This document shows, piece by piece, positions 34,626-47,948 of a stretch of DNA of 64,000 nt. Numbering within the stretch: position 1 is the stretch's first letter; each line of letters starts with the position of its first letter. The notes under the pieces are model-generated. The model saw only the letters and a list, made by a program, of their open reading frames with translations, searched no databases and was not told the origin of the DNA. Source of the DNA: Gonapodya sp. JEL0774 (Eukaryota); assembly GCA_027604505.1 (NCBI GenBank), contig JADIIX010000011.1, positions 124,001 through 188,000 of the forward strand, read 5' to 3'. The position numbers and the translations under genes are program-made.

Positions 34626-37204
34626 TTACGATCTGCCGGACTCTTCAGAAACACTAGGATAGTTCAATCTGAGGTATTCCGCCGCCCGCTCCACATCGTC
34701 ACCGCTTTTCTTGAGAGCATCCACACAAAAAACTTCTCTCCATCCCATTGGGGCGAGCACCTGCCGCGCTAATGTCCGACGCCTTGCAACTGGCGCCTCT
34801 TTGACACAAAGGTACATGCGTGGGTTCAGTTTATCAAACAGAGCGGACCGTTTCAGCAAATCAAGAGAGAGCACTGCCGCATCTGTAGGCTCCATTGGGC
34901 CTGAGTGTTCGTGGTTGCTGGAAGTACAGCAATACTGGTTGGCATCCCAGTCACCGAATCCACAACCTTTCGTGAGTTGCTTGTGATACGTGCCGATAAT
35001 GGTTGACATCAGCTTTTTGTTTTGTGGATCGTTGGTAGGGTTCCAGAAAGGTCGATAGCATTGAGGGCAAAGTCGTAGGAGGTTCTTGGACTGAGGGACT
35101 TCGGGGTTCGAGCAGTTCAGGTTCGAACACAACACAAACGGTGCAGCTCGTCGTTTCCGCTCCAGGTCGTGAACTGTCGGAAATCAAACATTGAGTTGCA
35201 TCAATGCAAAAACGTTCCTCCCTTCTAAGATGAACTCACGTTTCGCGTGCGACTGCACATCTCTCAACCTCACATTCACACCACACTTGGCACAAGTTAT
35301 TGTCCGCGCCCCACACTCTGCTTCGTGCTCGCTCTCGCCCCGGAACCCAACCGTAGGGCCGGCGCGTAGTCGCAAATGACAGAACTTGCAAAGGATGAGA
35401 CGCTCCGGACATTCAGTGTGGCGGTGAAGAGAAAGGTCGGAGAGGAGGAGGGGGAAGGTGCAGGCACAAGTAATGGGAGTGTGAAGAGAAAGCATGTGCT
35501 TGGATTTCTCTTTCAGTATACCGGCCTGATTCGCCGTAGGGGGCCACAGGGATATCAGTTTTCATACATCACATCCTAAAAAAAATGACTCCGACGCACT
35601 CACCTTGCCACACTCTTCGCAGTGCCAATGTTCTGCCAAATCCTCCTTCTTCATCACCTTCTTGCACACCTTGCACACGACATTGTTTCGGAGGCAGAAC
35701 GCCTCGTGCATGGGAAGGGTCCTGGCAGGTATCCAAGAAGCACAGTTGGAGCAACGCTTGTAATCAGGTCCCGGTGCAGCGTCGTCGGAGGTCGATATCG
35801 ATCCAGCCGATAACTCCATGCCAACAGGAGCGTCCACTGTGGACCGAACAGTGAGGGAGAAACGGGTGGAAGTGGCGAATCCCTTGACGCCGATATAGAT
35901 GAATGGTGGAAGAGAGCGGTATATATCTTCCGCTCCATTGTTTTCCCGGTGGTGGGAAAGTTTCTCGAGGTAGGCTGGCGCTGTGATGTCCAAATGGATC
36001 TGTTTCGTGCCAGAGTCCACATTGAACCAGGAATGGTCCAACGTGGTCGGGTGGGGCTCTTCCACGTCGACAAAGAGATCTGCAGGAAGGACAGTCGGTC
36101 ACAATACATGTCTCTCATCTTCGCATATGCTAAGCGCCACATGCCGTCCACAACTTACCTGCGTCACCATCCACGAGCTCGAGTTCCACAGAGTAAAATT
36201 TCCAATTGCCCTCTCTTGTTTTGACACGGAAGTACACATACTCGTCCTCTCTAACGACCTCGTCAACCCTCGCTGCCACCGCCGCTCCATGTTCTGCGCC
36301 GACGTTCCCCGTGCCCGCGTCTTCCCACACGAGCGCCGTACCGTCCGCACCGTCGCCCCCGACCGAAAACTTGAGCCGCACCGCCTCCTGCGCCATGGAC
36401 TCGTCCAAGGGCACCACATCCACGTTGACGTCGGCGTCTGTCACCGTCACACCCCCTTGGTCAGCCGGATCGATTTCGGAAATCATAAAGGGAAAGGGTT
36501 TGCGCGTGCGCGTCTTGGAGGAGATGGCGGACACGTGGAGGACTTCTCCGGCGGTGAGAGTGGTGTATTTGCCGCGGAGGGTGGATTCGAGTTCGGCGCT
36601 GGAAGGGGGAGGGCGACACAGTGATTTAAGTGGTCGATGAACACGTTGTGCGTGGAATACGCAGAGACTCTGGAACGAGAAGCAAAACCAAGCTCACCGT
36701 ATGTCCGATATTTCCAGATAGTCGGGTTGAAGAGGCTGAAGTTTGATGTACTTTGCCTTTGGCAAAGTTGTTGTTCGCAAGGTGATGGAGCTGTCCGAGT
36801 CGGTGACGCCCAAAGTTTCGGCCATCCATTCGGGCATGCCCACCATCCCCGGATCAGAGGTGAACTCTTTCACTCCAGCGAAGCATTTTCGGCGGGTCGT
36901 GAAATTCACTAGGGTGGAGGATGGTCGGTGATGAGCAGGGATGAGAACCATGGGACGGACCACACAGAGGAGACTCACCGAGCTCGAAAACAAGCGGATT
37001 CGGTAACTCGTCACGTTGTGCCAGCATGCTTTCAAGAGCTGAGGAGGGAAGGAGGATCTTGTCGGTTCCGGAGAGGGCAGGTGAAGCTTGTGCGGAGAAT
37101 CGGCCGGACCAGGACAAGGACGGAGGGGCAGGTGGGAAGGAAGCGAGAGGGCTGACAGGCGTAGGAGGGCTCGAGTCCATGTCATCATCGTCGGCAGTGG
37201 ACAT
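34626..37204 (-). CDS. UFD1-domain protein with TRAF-type Zn fingers and AZUL-like / UBA-like C-terminus
   Basis: DKILLPSSALE, LPNPLVFEL, AGVKEFT, LPKAKYIKLQP (UFD1); CSNC...HEAFC, CKFC, CAKC fingers; YHKQLTKGCG; MGWREVFCVDALKKSGDDVERAAEYL. Confidence 0.85.
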
Positions 37205-37446
37205 TGGGGAAAGCGGTGGGGAATTTTGCGGTGGTAATGAAATGTCGAATGTGCAGAGTTTCGTGGGCTGCTGGTTTCATGAAAGCTTCCGCAACCACGG
37301 TTCTTTCATATTTGCAGTGGAACCAAAATGATCTCATCGGGAGTTCACGAGTGATGGGTATCCACTTTTTATGTACAGTAAACAGATGACGAGTATTCAC
37401 ATGAGTGCAAGTTGGACAACCATCGCTCCACATCCTTCGCTCAATG

Positions 37447-37968
37447 TCACGAAAACAGTATCTCAAACCCCATTACGAAACACCACAGTGCCACGTATGG
37501 TGACAACCGTTCGCCTATGTCGGTACCAGACACCGCGGTGGTAGGAACGTGAGCGCGAACGTGGGGACACGATACAGTTCGGGGTGGATTCAACTCACCT
37601 ATTCGGGCAAACTTCCACAGTACTCCGGATACCCTTCAGCATTGATGATTATGGGAGAGTGGAGTACAAATCGTCTGAAAAACGGGCCAGAATGCTGTGG
37701 AGGTTCGGGAGGAACTCACCAACCGCCTCGGTTGTCAATGAACCGTGGCACCTGGGCACGGACATAGGTGCAGGTGCAGATGAGGAGGAGAATGACGAGG
37801 AGAAGGGATTGAAAGTTGAAGAGGGCAGACTGGTAACGGAGGTACGGTTGGGGAAGGAGTTGGCAAGGAGTATTGGGAAGGGTGAGAACAAAGACAGGGG
37901 ACAAAGAGGGGAAAAGAGAGCAGAGAGTGTGGAAATTTGAGTGTTGATAATGGGGAGTTACACACCAT
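37447..37968 (-). CDS. KSH1: Protein Kish (TMEM167/Ksh1), 4 coding exons
   Basis: [71 protein letters not shown]; the first coding exon is ATG only. Confidence 0.92.
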
Positions 37969-38107
37969 CCAAGGCGGGACAATTCACTGAAAACGAGCAC
38001 GGGATTGGGTTGGAGTTGAGTTGAGTTGGGAGTTGGATCCGTGGCTTTGGTCCGACACACAGTGTGTCCAGGAGAGCACCCACCGTTCCCTGACAGTTAT
38101 TGCGCGG

Positions 38108-39215
38108 ATGCTCAGCACAGATCTGGCACACGTAGTCAAGAAAATACTCACCCTGGTCTTTGTCTACAACGATGCCACCAACGAGGTGCGAGTTCTCTAT
38201 CCGTTGACTCGAATCAATCCCTTCTTCCAAGACTCACCATCAGTAATGTCCTTGATCTATTTCGCCTCCACTCAGGTTCTCCTCGGTAAGATCCATCTCC
38301 CATTCACAGAATATAGCTTGTGTGTGTCGCCCTGGCCTTAAATCTGCATCCCCACCCTGCGCAACTAGGACTGAAGAAACGAGGATTTGGATGTGGTCTG
38401 TGGAACGGATTCGGCGGGAAGGTGGAGCGGGGCGAAACAATTCTGGGGGGGGCTATGCGGGAAGTGAGAGTGAGTACGAGTCTTTGTAGTTTTGTGGTGG
38501 GAAGATGTAGGGACGGCGTTCTGTAATTGTCGAATGTTTCGTGTGCCTTTTCCATTTGATTGACGTTCAGGAGGAATGCGGGTTGGTGACAGAAACTCTC
38601 GAGAAAGTCGGCATAAACTACTTTACAGTGAGCATCATTGCAGTAAAGGGCACAGTATGAGAGACGCACGTGACATGAGCGGCGGTGATATCAGTTTGCA
38701 GATTCGTTCGTACACCTCGAAGTCCACGTGTTTCTGACCACGAAATGGCAGGGTCATATCAGAGAATCAGATGAAATGGCACCAAAGTGGTGGAAAGTAC
38801 CCGAGATTCCCTACGCGTCCATGTGGGTCGACGGTGCGTAGGGCACTACTCATTTGCTGAGTGTTCGCGCTTTCGGATAGTACAAAGACAAAATAACGTC
38901 TTTCTGCCACCCGCCCGTGCCCTGCCACGAATCTCACCCCTATATCAACTACCCCAAGATCCCCTCTGGTACCCGCACCTCTTTGCCCGCCGTCATTGGT
39001 TGGCCAAATTCGACTTTGGAGACCTCTCGACCGTGCTCGACCACCACGTTCAAGTGGTCGATGCAGTACCGGACGAATTTAGGGGATTTAGTGGAAAGAT
39101 GCTTCTGGAGGCGGGGGTGAGCGAGACGGAGATGAAGACGAGGAGTGTGTTTGCAGGGGAAGTTGCGGAACGGAAGTTGTATCCCGAGAAGGAGGTGGCA
39201 GCATCTTCAGTGTGA
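38108..39215 (+). CDS. Nudix hydrolase, MTH1/NUDT1-like 8-oxo-dGTPase
   Basis: LTLVFV...[52 protein letters not shown]...IPYASMWVDDPLWYPHL. Confidence 0.9.
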
Positions 39216-39566
39216 TGCAGATGTTTGATGTGCTAGTTTCCTGTATTTGGATGTTGAGACAATGGTGCTCAGTTCATTACCACTGTGGTACATATACCCG
39301 TCATTGATGCAATAACAATGGCTAATAATACTTGTGATGACTGTGGGTGCACGACGTAGATATAAGCACAGGTATTACCACTATGAGATACATGATTATT
39401 CCAGGATCAAGAGTCTGTTCGTGTATCCACGGGTTAGGAATGTCGAAGCATTGGAAGGAGGAGTGATCGATCGGGGCTGCGGACCAGCTGTGGCCACGAG
39501 GGGACCTTTGCGCAGTCCGCACCAACAGCCCTCAAGCCCTCGATCCCATCTCCGCCCCACACCACA

Positions 39567-42500
39567 ATGACCACGATGCCCTCTGGATTCCTGCCACCTC
39601 TACCCCCTGCCACCCACTCCCTCTCCTCCTCTCCTCCACCCACAGACCCCAACTCAGGATCCCCTCCCCAATTAAAACTACAACTCCAACACCAATCTCT
39701 CCGCCCTCCATCTCCATCCGCAGAGGACACTCTCCAAAAGCACGTGGTCATGGTGCAGAGATCGCTCATGGATGCTGTAGATAGACAGGTCTCTTCCATA
39801 GAAGGCAAGTTGAGGGAAACCCAGTTCGATTTGGTCAGGACTCGCGAGGAGAAGAAGGATATGGGCGTGGCCCTCTATAGGACTGGCAAAGAAGTGGAGA
39901 AACTCAATGATGTTCTGGCGAATATGTGAGTCCGAAATGGTGGAAGGGATGACGGGGTCGGGTGGGAGAATCTTGACAGCGCAAATTACTCACTGCATCA
40001 TATCCACTCTATTTCAATTCTTCTCAACGGGATCACTGACGACCAGGCAGGCGCAACTGCAACGCGAGGCTACAGAAAAGAAGCTGCTACAGAACCAGAC
40101 AGATTCGATCGGACGGGAGGTGGAATCGATCAATGATGAAAACAAGGTACGGTGATCCAACATGTTTACTTTCAACAGCATAACTCAAGCACCAATTCAC
40201 ATTCTGTAACAAATGAACATTGTTGTGTCACTTCATGCCTCGTGGAACATGGAATTCGTCCTTCCCTCTTGTCGCACTCCCCCGCCCTCCCCCCCCCCGA
40301 TATGGCCCTCCAACCCTCCTCGCAACCGCACACACACACCTCCCTCCAGACCCTCCAAAAGTCTCTCGACAGCCTCCGCCATCTCCTCAACAGCACGTCC
40401 ACCAAACTCCACCAGATGACCCTCGTGACCACCGCGTACAACTCCGAGGTCAAGATCCAGAAGCGCATCGGCGCAAAACTCTCACGCGAAGCCGAAGCCG
40501 CCCAGGTAAAGCAGCAGCAGGCGGAACTCGAGGCCGAAGCGTTGAAGACGAGGATAGGAAAGATGCTGGCGGAGACCAAGGGCATGGAACAGCTCCTCGA
40601 GTCGCAGAAACACGAGACAGTGATCGCGCAGGGGGCTATCAGGAACATGGACAATGGTTCGTGACGGCTTCAACATACTCAGCTCCCTCTCGCTCAACTC
40701 CTCCGTACATTGCCTCACCACTCACTCCCCCCTTTCGGGTTCCCTCCCCAGAAATCTCCCAACTTACTTCCATAAAAGCTACGCTCACCAAACGCTGGGA
40801 CGACGCCGTTGCGGCCATGTCCCGCCGCGACGCGACCCTCCAACTGGTGTCGGATCGCGAGCAGAGGTCGAGCGCCAGACTCGCAGAGGCGGAGCTCGAG
40901 TTGAGGCAGCTCAAGGTGCAGAATGCGGAACTGGAGCGGAAGTCAAGGGAGATCGAGATTGGTGAGGAGGGTTAGGGGGTCGGGCTTGGCGGGCCGGTGG
41001 GGGACGGTGCGGGACGGTCGTGGAGTTTTGTTTCAGTTTCGGACCTGGGGTGATATCGTCGATTGAATCGCTACGCTCTCCAACGTCTTTTCCACCACTC
41101 TTCCAAAATCACTCACACTTGTAGAAAATGAGGACCTCCAGTTCAAACTCCAATCCAACACCACCGTGCTCTCCACCACGAGCGCCAACTACCGTGAACT
41201 GGAGCGCCTGGTCCAGACCCTCCAGACCACGGGCACGACGTCGGAACTTGAACTGGAACGGACCAAGCACGCAAGGGACAGAGTGCAAGAAGAGTCGCTG
41301 AGAAGGCAGCAGACCGTTTCGGACCTCAGGAGAAAACTGGAGATTATGAGACAAGACGTGGACGAGCGGTGCAAGCAGGCCGCCAAGACGGTAAGCTCTT
41401 CATGAATGACGGCCACAGTGTCGAGGCGTCCAAATACTGATGAAAGTATCTACTTTCTCTCTTTGATTTTGTCTCGCTTTTTTTTCCGTGCGACTCAGGC
41501 TGCGTGCCAGCGGGAAGATGAGATCCGGGAGGAGGCCCGCCAGTTTGCAGAGTCCGCCAACAGAGAGCTGGAAACCTTCAACATCAGCCTTCGGCACGGA
41601 AAAGCCGAAGCGGAGCTCAAAGTTCGAGACCTCTTGACGGAAAAGGTGGGATCGTGGAGTGTTGTCGGGTGACATTCTCAACAACCACACAGAACCCATT
41701 GAACAAACACCCCATGTTACCTGGGACCCCTCCCTGCAGTCCAACATCTCCAAAGAAAACGCCTCACTTCGCCGCACCAACGATCAGCTCTTATCTCAGC
41801 TGAACCAACTGGCCGAGGAACACCGTCGTGTCGATTACGCCTACGAACGGAGTGACCACGACCTGAACCTACTGAAAGCCCGATACGAGGATCTGACTCA
41901 CAGTTTGGACGCAACAGGGTCGCTCAAGACGGAAATTGCAAAGCTCAAAAAGGAACTCGGCGAGGGGAAAGTCGAGATCGCGAGGTATCAGCAGGTGTGG
42001 CAGGAGTATCAGAAGGAGAGCATAAAGTCCAAGCAAACTATCGATAAGCTGACGCAAGACAACGCTTATTTGAAGGTAAGAAGGAGCACGAGAGCTTTGC
42101 GTAACCCATACGCTGACAGCCAGCTACTTCTGCCTCAGACTCAACTCGGCATCACCGATACTGTTCAACAGAAAACTGGAGCAGAAATCGAAGAAGCCAA
42201 GAAGGAGGTTTTTGAACAGCGTCTTGAAGCATCCAAATGGTACATGGAGGTCAAGAAGTACAAACAGATGGTGACGGAACTTAAAGAACAGAACATCAGA
42301 CTGGAAGCGCAGCTCGTGGACGCGAGGCTAAGGACCGAAGAGGCTACAGTCACGGCAGATGTGAGTCGACTTTGGAGTTACAACGACTGATCTGACGACT
42401 GAGAAACCGACATTCCAGACTTCCGTGAATATGTTGAAAGCGGAAATCAGGAACCTCTATTCCGAAAGAAAAGATGTCAAGAGGAAAAGGGTCACAGAAG

Positions 42501-43442
42501 ATAAAACGAATGAAGTGATCGAGAGAAAGTACCTGTTGACAAAGGTAAATGTTGCCCATTCTTTGGTGTGTCACAGATCGACCGACCACTTGTACATGCC
42601 TCTCCATACATAGGAAATGCTCGAAAGGGTTACGATGGCCCGCGCAGAGCTTGAGCGTGACAACTTTCGGCTCCGCTCTGATCTCATCGAGTCCGAACGC
42701 TGTTTCCAAACCTTGAAAAATGAATATGTCAGGTTCACGGAACTCTCACTGAACAACGTTCAATCCACCTTGGCTGCCAGAAATTCGAGTGCCAATGTTG
42801 AAAGGGGAATGAAGCAGAGTGGCCAAGGCGTGGGAAAGCGAGGAGCCGCCTGGGAAGAAGCACCTCGACTGGGGGTACACGGTTCAATTGGAGACGGTCC
42901 CCTAATTCTCGATGCGGAGTCGATTCGATTAAAAATTGATAGCCTTACCACGGAGAGGGACTTCCTGCGGAACGAAAACAAGATCTTGAAGCAGAAGTTC
43001 GATGATGTGAGATCACATCGACAATGTACCGGTTCTGGCGACGTCGCTGTGCTCAGATTCTCACTTCTTTTCAAAGCTGTACAACGATGCACAAGGTCTG
43101 CGAACCTCGCTCAAACGTGCACAGTCGAAACTGCAATCGGCCGACAAGGATCTTAAAGCCCACAACCAAGTGGTACGACTCCATCAAATGCGATACGCCC
43201 GCGCCGAGAAAGTCTCTGCTTTCCTTGAGGGCAAGCTCAAAGAAGCGAAACCCAACGTTCGAATAGACTACTCTCAAATTTCTCCAGAAATTGAGTGCTC
43301 GACGCAGCTTCTCGCCACTCTGCTTGACGTTGCCGGCATGATACCGACGGTGCCAACGCTAACGCAACAGTCACTAAAGCCGACTATTCGAATATCGACA
43401 CCTGCCAGTCAACCGGAAATCAGTGTAGACACGACGAGTTGA
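39567..43442 (+). CDS. Long coiled-coil protein, CCDC40-like (axonemal ruler family)
   Basis: EKKDMGVALYRTGKEVEKLN, YNSEVKIQKR and WDDAVAAMSRRDATLQ resemble CCDC40 N-terminal motifs; many coiled-coil exons. Confidence 0.6.
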
Positions 43443-43507
43443 CGATATCCGATTATGCTACTTGCGATTCATATGTAATTAATTATATATATAGTTATTA
43501 CTTATAT

Positions 43508-45484
43508 TTATATGTTCAATATTGCTGCCGCGTCGTCGAACGTGGCGTAAGGATATACGACATTTCGGAAGGGCTAAGGAAGCAAAGAGATGCGTGGAAT
43601 TTGCAATATTTGATTCCGATGAACGAATGCGGTAATGTATGCTCACTGGTTTCGGTGATCGAGAACTGGGAGATCTTGATCTCTCGCGCAGCAAAGTTGT
43701 GCCGTCTAGATCTCTCAGTATTCTTGATCGGACAGCAAGTGTATCAAGAATGAGTTGACAGCGAAACAGGCACTCCAAAACCCACTGAATGTTATCGGTT
43801 CTTGGCTCACGTTGCTCTCGATACGGATCTTTCTCGAGGAAGTATGTGGTCTCGGGTTGTTTTGGGTAACCGAACCTTTTGAAGGGTGAGGGCGACACTT
43901 CAGGAAACAACCATTTTGGTTCGAAGTTAGCGAAGCATCGCATCCCAGCCTGGAAATCAGTGGTAATTCACCTCGTGCGAGCCTGTCACGCATATCTTGC
44001 TCTCTTTCCCACTCATATTGGCCGTAGTAGCTCGTCTCGGTCCGCAATGAAGGACGGGGGATTCGTCGTAGGCGCCGTTTGAGTTGGCTTGGAGCCTGGA
44101 ATTAATCAACGTGAAGTAGTCCATCAATGCAACTTGATTGCGCTCATAGCACAACGCACCATGAAAGGCCCCTTCACTTCGACGACGTGCTTGCCCACCG
44201 GGATCTGTTGCCCAACACCTTCATCCTCCGAGTACACATCGGGCTTTATCTTCACGTTTTTCCAGTTTTTGCCCACCGTTCGCTCTACAAAAGCTTGCAG
44301 TCCGTCGGAGGTTTGAAGGCGGGATTCGGGTATTCGAAGTAATGGGAGTGTCACTTGAGCCGAAGAAGTGAGCGGATCTGTGTCCTTCCCCAGAGAAGTT
44401 TGAGGGCTATTATCCACACCAGCCACAGGATGCAAGTCCATCACATTAAGGTGAATCTCAGAAGCTCTTTCCTTTGATCTCCTCAGTGCACTGTGTGTAA
44501 GGACCCTCAGGTCCACTTGGTGCGGTGGATGACTCACAGACCGCCGATACTCCCCGTCCACGTCTGGGTTGTGATGTGTGTGATCGTGAACATGATGTTT
44601 TGGATGCTGCCGATTCGAGTGGTCCAGATGCCTCTTCGCCGGTAGTGGGGGTGCTCGTAACAGTTGCAGAGGTGGGGATGGTTTGGACTTGACAAGAACA
44701 ACAGCATCCACCACTTCATTGGTTCCTGACCAAACACCTTTTACAGCCTTTGTTCCCACGAGATGGTGAAGCCTGCCTGCCAGTTTATTGATCCGTGCGT
44801 CTTCCGCTTGCTTCAGCAACTTCTGCTTCTCGATACTCTTTCGTCGTTGCTCCTCCTCTAGCATCATTTTCATTTGCTGCGTTTTACGCTGAACCTGCTT
44901 TATGTATTCCTTCCTCGCGTAGTAAGAGAAGACGTTCGTGCGTGAGATGTGTCCCCGCCAGACACGCTGAATTCGCGTCGCCATGGTGTTTCGGAGGTTC
45001 ATTAGAATTGCCTCTTCCCGCTCTCGAACGAGCTTGGTGTACTCCTGGCGACCCAAGTGGCCCCGGAATATACGTTGAATCACAGTAACGTTACGGCTAA
45101 AATCGATTGGCACAAAGCAGTTCCCGAGGTTTATAGCTCACCAAGTTATCCAATTACATGCAATCACTCACCTGAGCATTTCATCTCTTCGACCATCTCG
45201 AAATGTCCTCCAGGCTTGTTGGATTTTGAACGCTGCCATGTATTCACGATCCCGGGCGGATTCGGCCTCCCTGCAAACAGCACGGAGGGATAACATGAAC
45301 AAAACCGGAATAGAGCAAGAACAACATAGTTGGGAACATAGTTTCCGGGTTACGTCCCATCATTGTGGAGAGTGTCACCATCAAGTACAATACAAGCGAC
45401 TCACCGAGCGGCTTCAATATAAGCATCAAAGACCAGCGATACTGCTCCATGTTTCCTACAAAGGTTGGCGAATGCGTGCGCCAT
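43508..45484 (-). CDS. IQ-motif protein, SPATA17-like (axonemal)
   Basis: Three IQ-like motifs (AAFKIQQAWR, VIQRIFRGHLGR, ATRIQRVWRGHISR), VFSYYARKEYI, LHHLVGTKAVKGVW, KGPF. 3' exons approximate. Confidence 0.75.
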
Positions 45485-45486
45485 CT

Positions 45487-46798
45487 CTATATGTCCGTTG
45501 TTAGTGCCGGCTCTGGTTGACGTTGGCTGATCTGTCTTCGCACTTCGCCTGGTCTTTCCATAATCAGTGAGTAGGTGACAAGCCGCTTCAATTGCTCATA
45601 GAAAACAAATATAAGCACTACTTGTGGCGCCATTCTCAGATATGCCGTAGTCCATCCCTTCATAAATGCCTGCAATCCCTCCTCCTTCGAAATTTTCACA
45701 AATACCCGTGTAAAACCCGTGTACTGCCCCGTTTTATCTGCCATGACTCTAGACTTCACAACATCTACGGGATTACATGCCGTGGTCGCCACGAGACCTG
45801 CCAAGAAACTCGCCCCGAAGTGCGTCGACAAAGAGTCAGAAAAATCGTTATCGAGAAGTGTGGCCTTAAAGACATCGTACGAGACGAGTTGAGAGGCCGT
45901 CACAACAACCGCGCGGCCGATATTGGCACTGAGGCCGGTGAAGAGCCCCCTGCGGAGACCTTCCTCACGAATAGCTCGAAACACGGCGTCCTCCGAAACG
46001 AAGACCAAGCCCATGTCAGAACCTGTGAAACCATATAAAACAAGGTGCACGACTTTCACTCACCCCTGCCCACTTGTACCCTCTCCTATCTGCAGCTGGG
46101 AGCTTACCGTCGTTCTGCATGCGCACCATTGCTAAATCCAATGGCTTTAGACAAACATACTGTAATAAATACTGGGCGCGAAAATTAATCAGGAACGTTA
46201 TGCGCGCAACTCACATTCCCCACGATACCACCGATCGTCCCTGCAACCACAGCACTAGCAAGTTGGGTGGAGGGATTCAGTGCTCCACGTCGACGCAGCC
46301 GAAGTTTGAGATCGTCGTAAACAGCGAATCGTGCGGTACCGTACGTTAATTGACGGAGAAGACTGAATACAAAGGGTTGAAAGTTGTTCGTGCTACCGCA
46401 GTCGATATCGCTCACCTAGCAGATAAACCGGCGTACACTCCGAAGACACCCTCGTTCTTCACAAGGGACCTCACGAGTTCTGCGTATGAAGTGGATACTG
46501 TCTGAGTCTGTTTTCTGACCTTGAATACTAAACACGGGGTATTTTATGTGCACACTCCCGACCCCGCCAAATCCTCGGGAAGCTTCCCCCTCACTCACAA
46601 TCAACCGGATGAGTTACGGCTGTTGCCATCATGGAGGCGGCGCCCCCGACCCTGGTGTGGAGATCACCATGGATCGCCAACAGGAAGTGCGTCGTGCGCA
46701 ACGTTTGGCACGTCGTGAAGCGTCATGAGACGGTGCTTTTTGAACAGATTCGCATGGATGAATCACCAGAAGGGGGTTTCTTTCGAAGATTGGGACAT
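45487..46798 (-). CDS. DIC1: Mitochondrial dicarboxylate carrier
   Basis: PFWVGGAASMMATAVTHPVDLFKVR, LLRQLTYGTARFAVYD, VRMQNDGKLP, RAVVVTASQLVSYD, NPVDVVKSRVM. Confidence 0.88.
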
Positions 46799-47228
46799 GG
46801 GGAAAGTCTGTCGGGAAACCGTGGCCCATGAGTATCACCATCCCCTGATCACGCCAGAATTACCTATTACTTCGGCCAAACCATATTATCCGTATCCCAC
46901 CTTGAGTGAATTGTAAAGCTTCGGTAACGGTTAGCGTACAGCAAAAAAGACGTTTATGAGGCAGCGGCTGGCGGAAAACGGGTGAGGAGCTTTCTTCACG
47001 GGGGACGACCGGGGACGGAACACCAAAATTGCAAATGCGGGGGTATATTATTAATGAAACAACCAACTGCATGCATTCCCCTGTTTTTGAACCCTCTGAT
47101 CCGCGTGGTTGGGTAGGCTCGCCGCTCGTCTCCAGTCCAACTTGTGGATGCGGATCCAAGCCTCACCATCTCCGAATAAACTCGTCCCAAAAATTTCCCG
47201 GAGAGAGTCCATAATGCCCAAGTCTCTT

Positions 47229-47845
47229 TCATTCCCCGTCAGGCCCTTTTTTAGCGGTTGTGGACACAAGCTTGACCTTGCCCGCGGCAGTCACGGTTTC
47301 GAAATCAAACTTGATTGTGGGGCGCAGGAGTTCGAAGGTCCAAATCTCGTCGACAAAGCGGAAAGTGTGCAGCTTGCCCTGTGATTTCAGTGGCGAATCA
47401 GTAAAGTGGCGGGTTCGAATCACCCGTTAAAACGGAAGGTAGAAACGGGAGACAGCGGGGGCGGGGTGAGAGCTCGAGCCTCCAACAAGAAGACGCACTA
47501 GAGGGCAATGAGTGATAGGAGGGGGGACGATACAAACCTTCATGCTGCATTTTGACCGGACACGGTTGTTGAGTGTTTCCATCACCGTCGCGTCGAACTA
47601 CGCGCCAGCCAGATGCAGCAAGCAAGCAATCATAAAGAGCGAAAAGAGTTGTGGTCAAGTATCTCGTCCACGGAGCGCTCTCTCAGAAGAAAACGTCGGG
47701 AGGGCAGGTTCCTCGCACAAACCTGCTTCAGGACCTTCATGGCGAGGTGTGGGTCTATCTGGCTATTGGTGATCATGTCATCAAGCGACTCTGTGAGTGC
47801 GGCACCCAGTGTCGACGAGCGATAGATTTCCGCTGCAGTAGTCAT
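47229..47845 (-). CDS. TOA2: Transcription initiation factor IIA gamma (small) subunit
   Basis: EIYRSSTLGAALTESLDDMI...PHLAMKVLKQ|FDATVMETL...|GKLHTFRFVDEIWTF...KVKLVS. Confidence 0.93.
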
Positions 47846-47948
47846 TATTGGGGGTGTGTTCGGTGAACGGGGAAGGCCGGAGCTGCTGTGGACAGATGCT
47901 ATAGGTCTGGACAGATACACAACCAACTGACTCTCCTCCTGTGGTGGC

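Noticed and set aside
37584..37940. 118-aa plus-strand ORF
   Set aside because: Antisense to the well-supported spliced KSH1 gene.
47410..47426. CGGGTTCGAATCACCCG, resembling a tRNA T-arm / B-box
   Set aside because: No acceptor, D or anticodon stems can be built around it; it lies antisense within a TOA2 intron.
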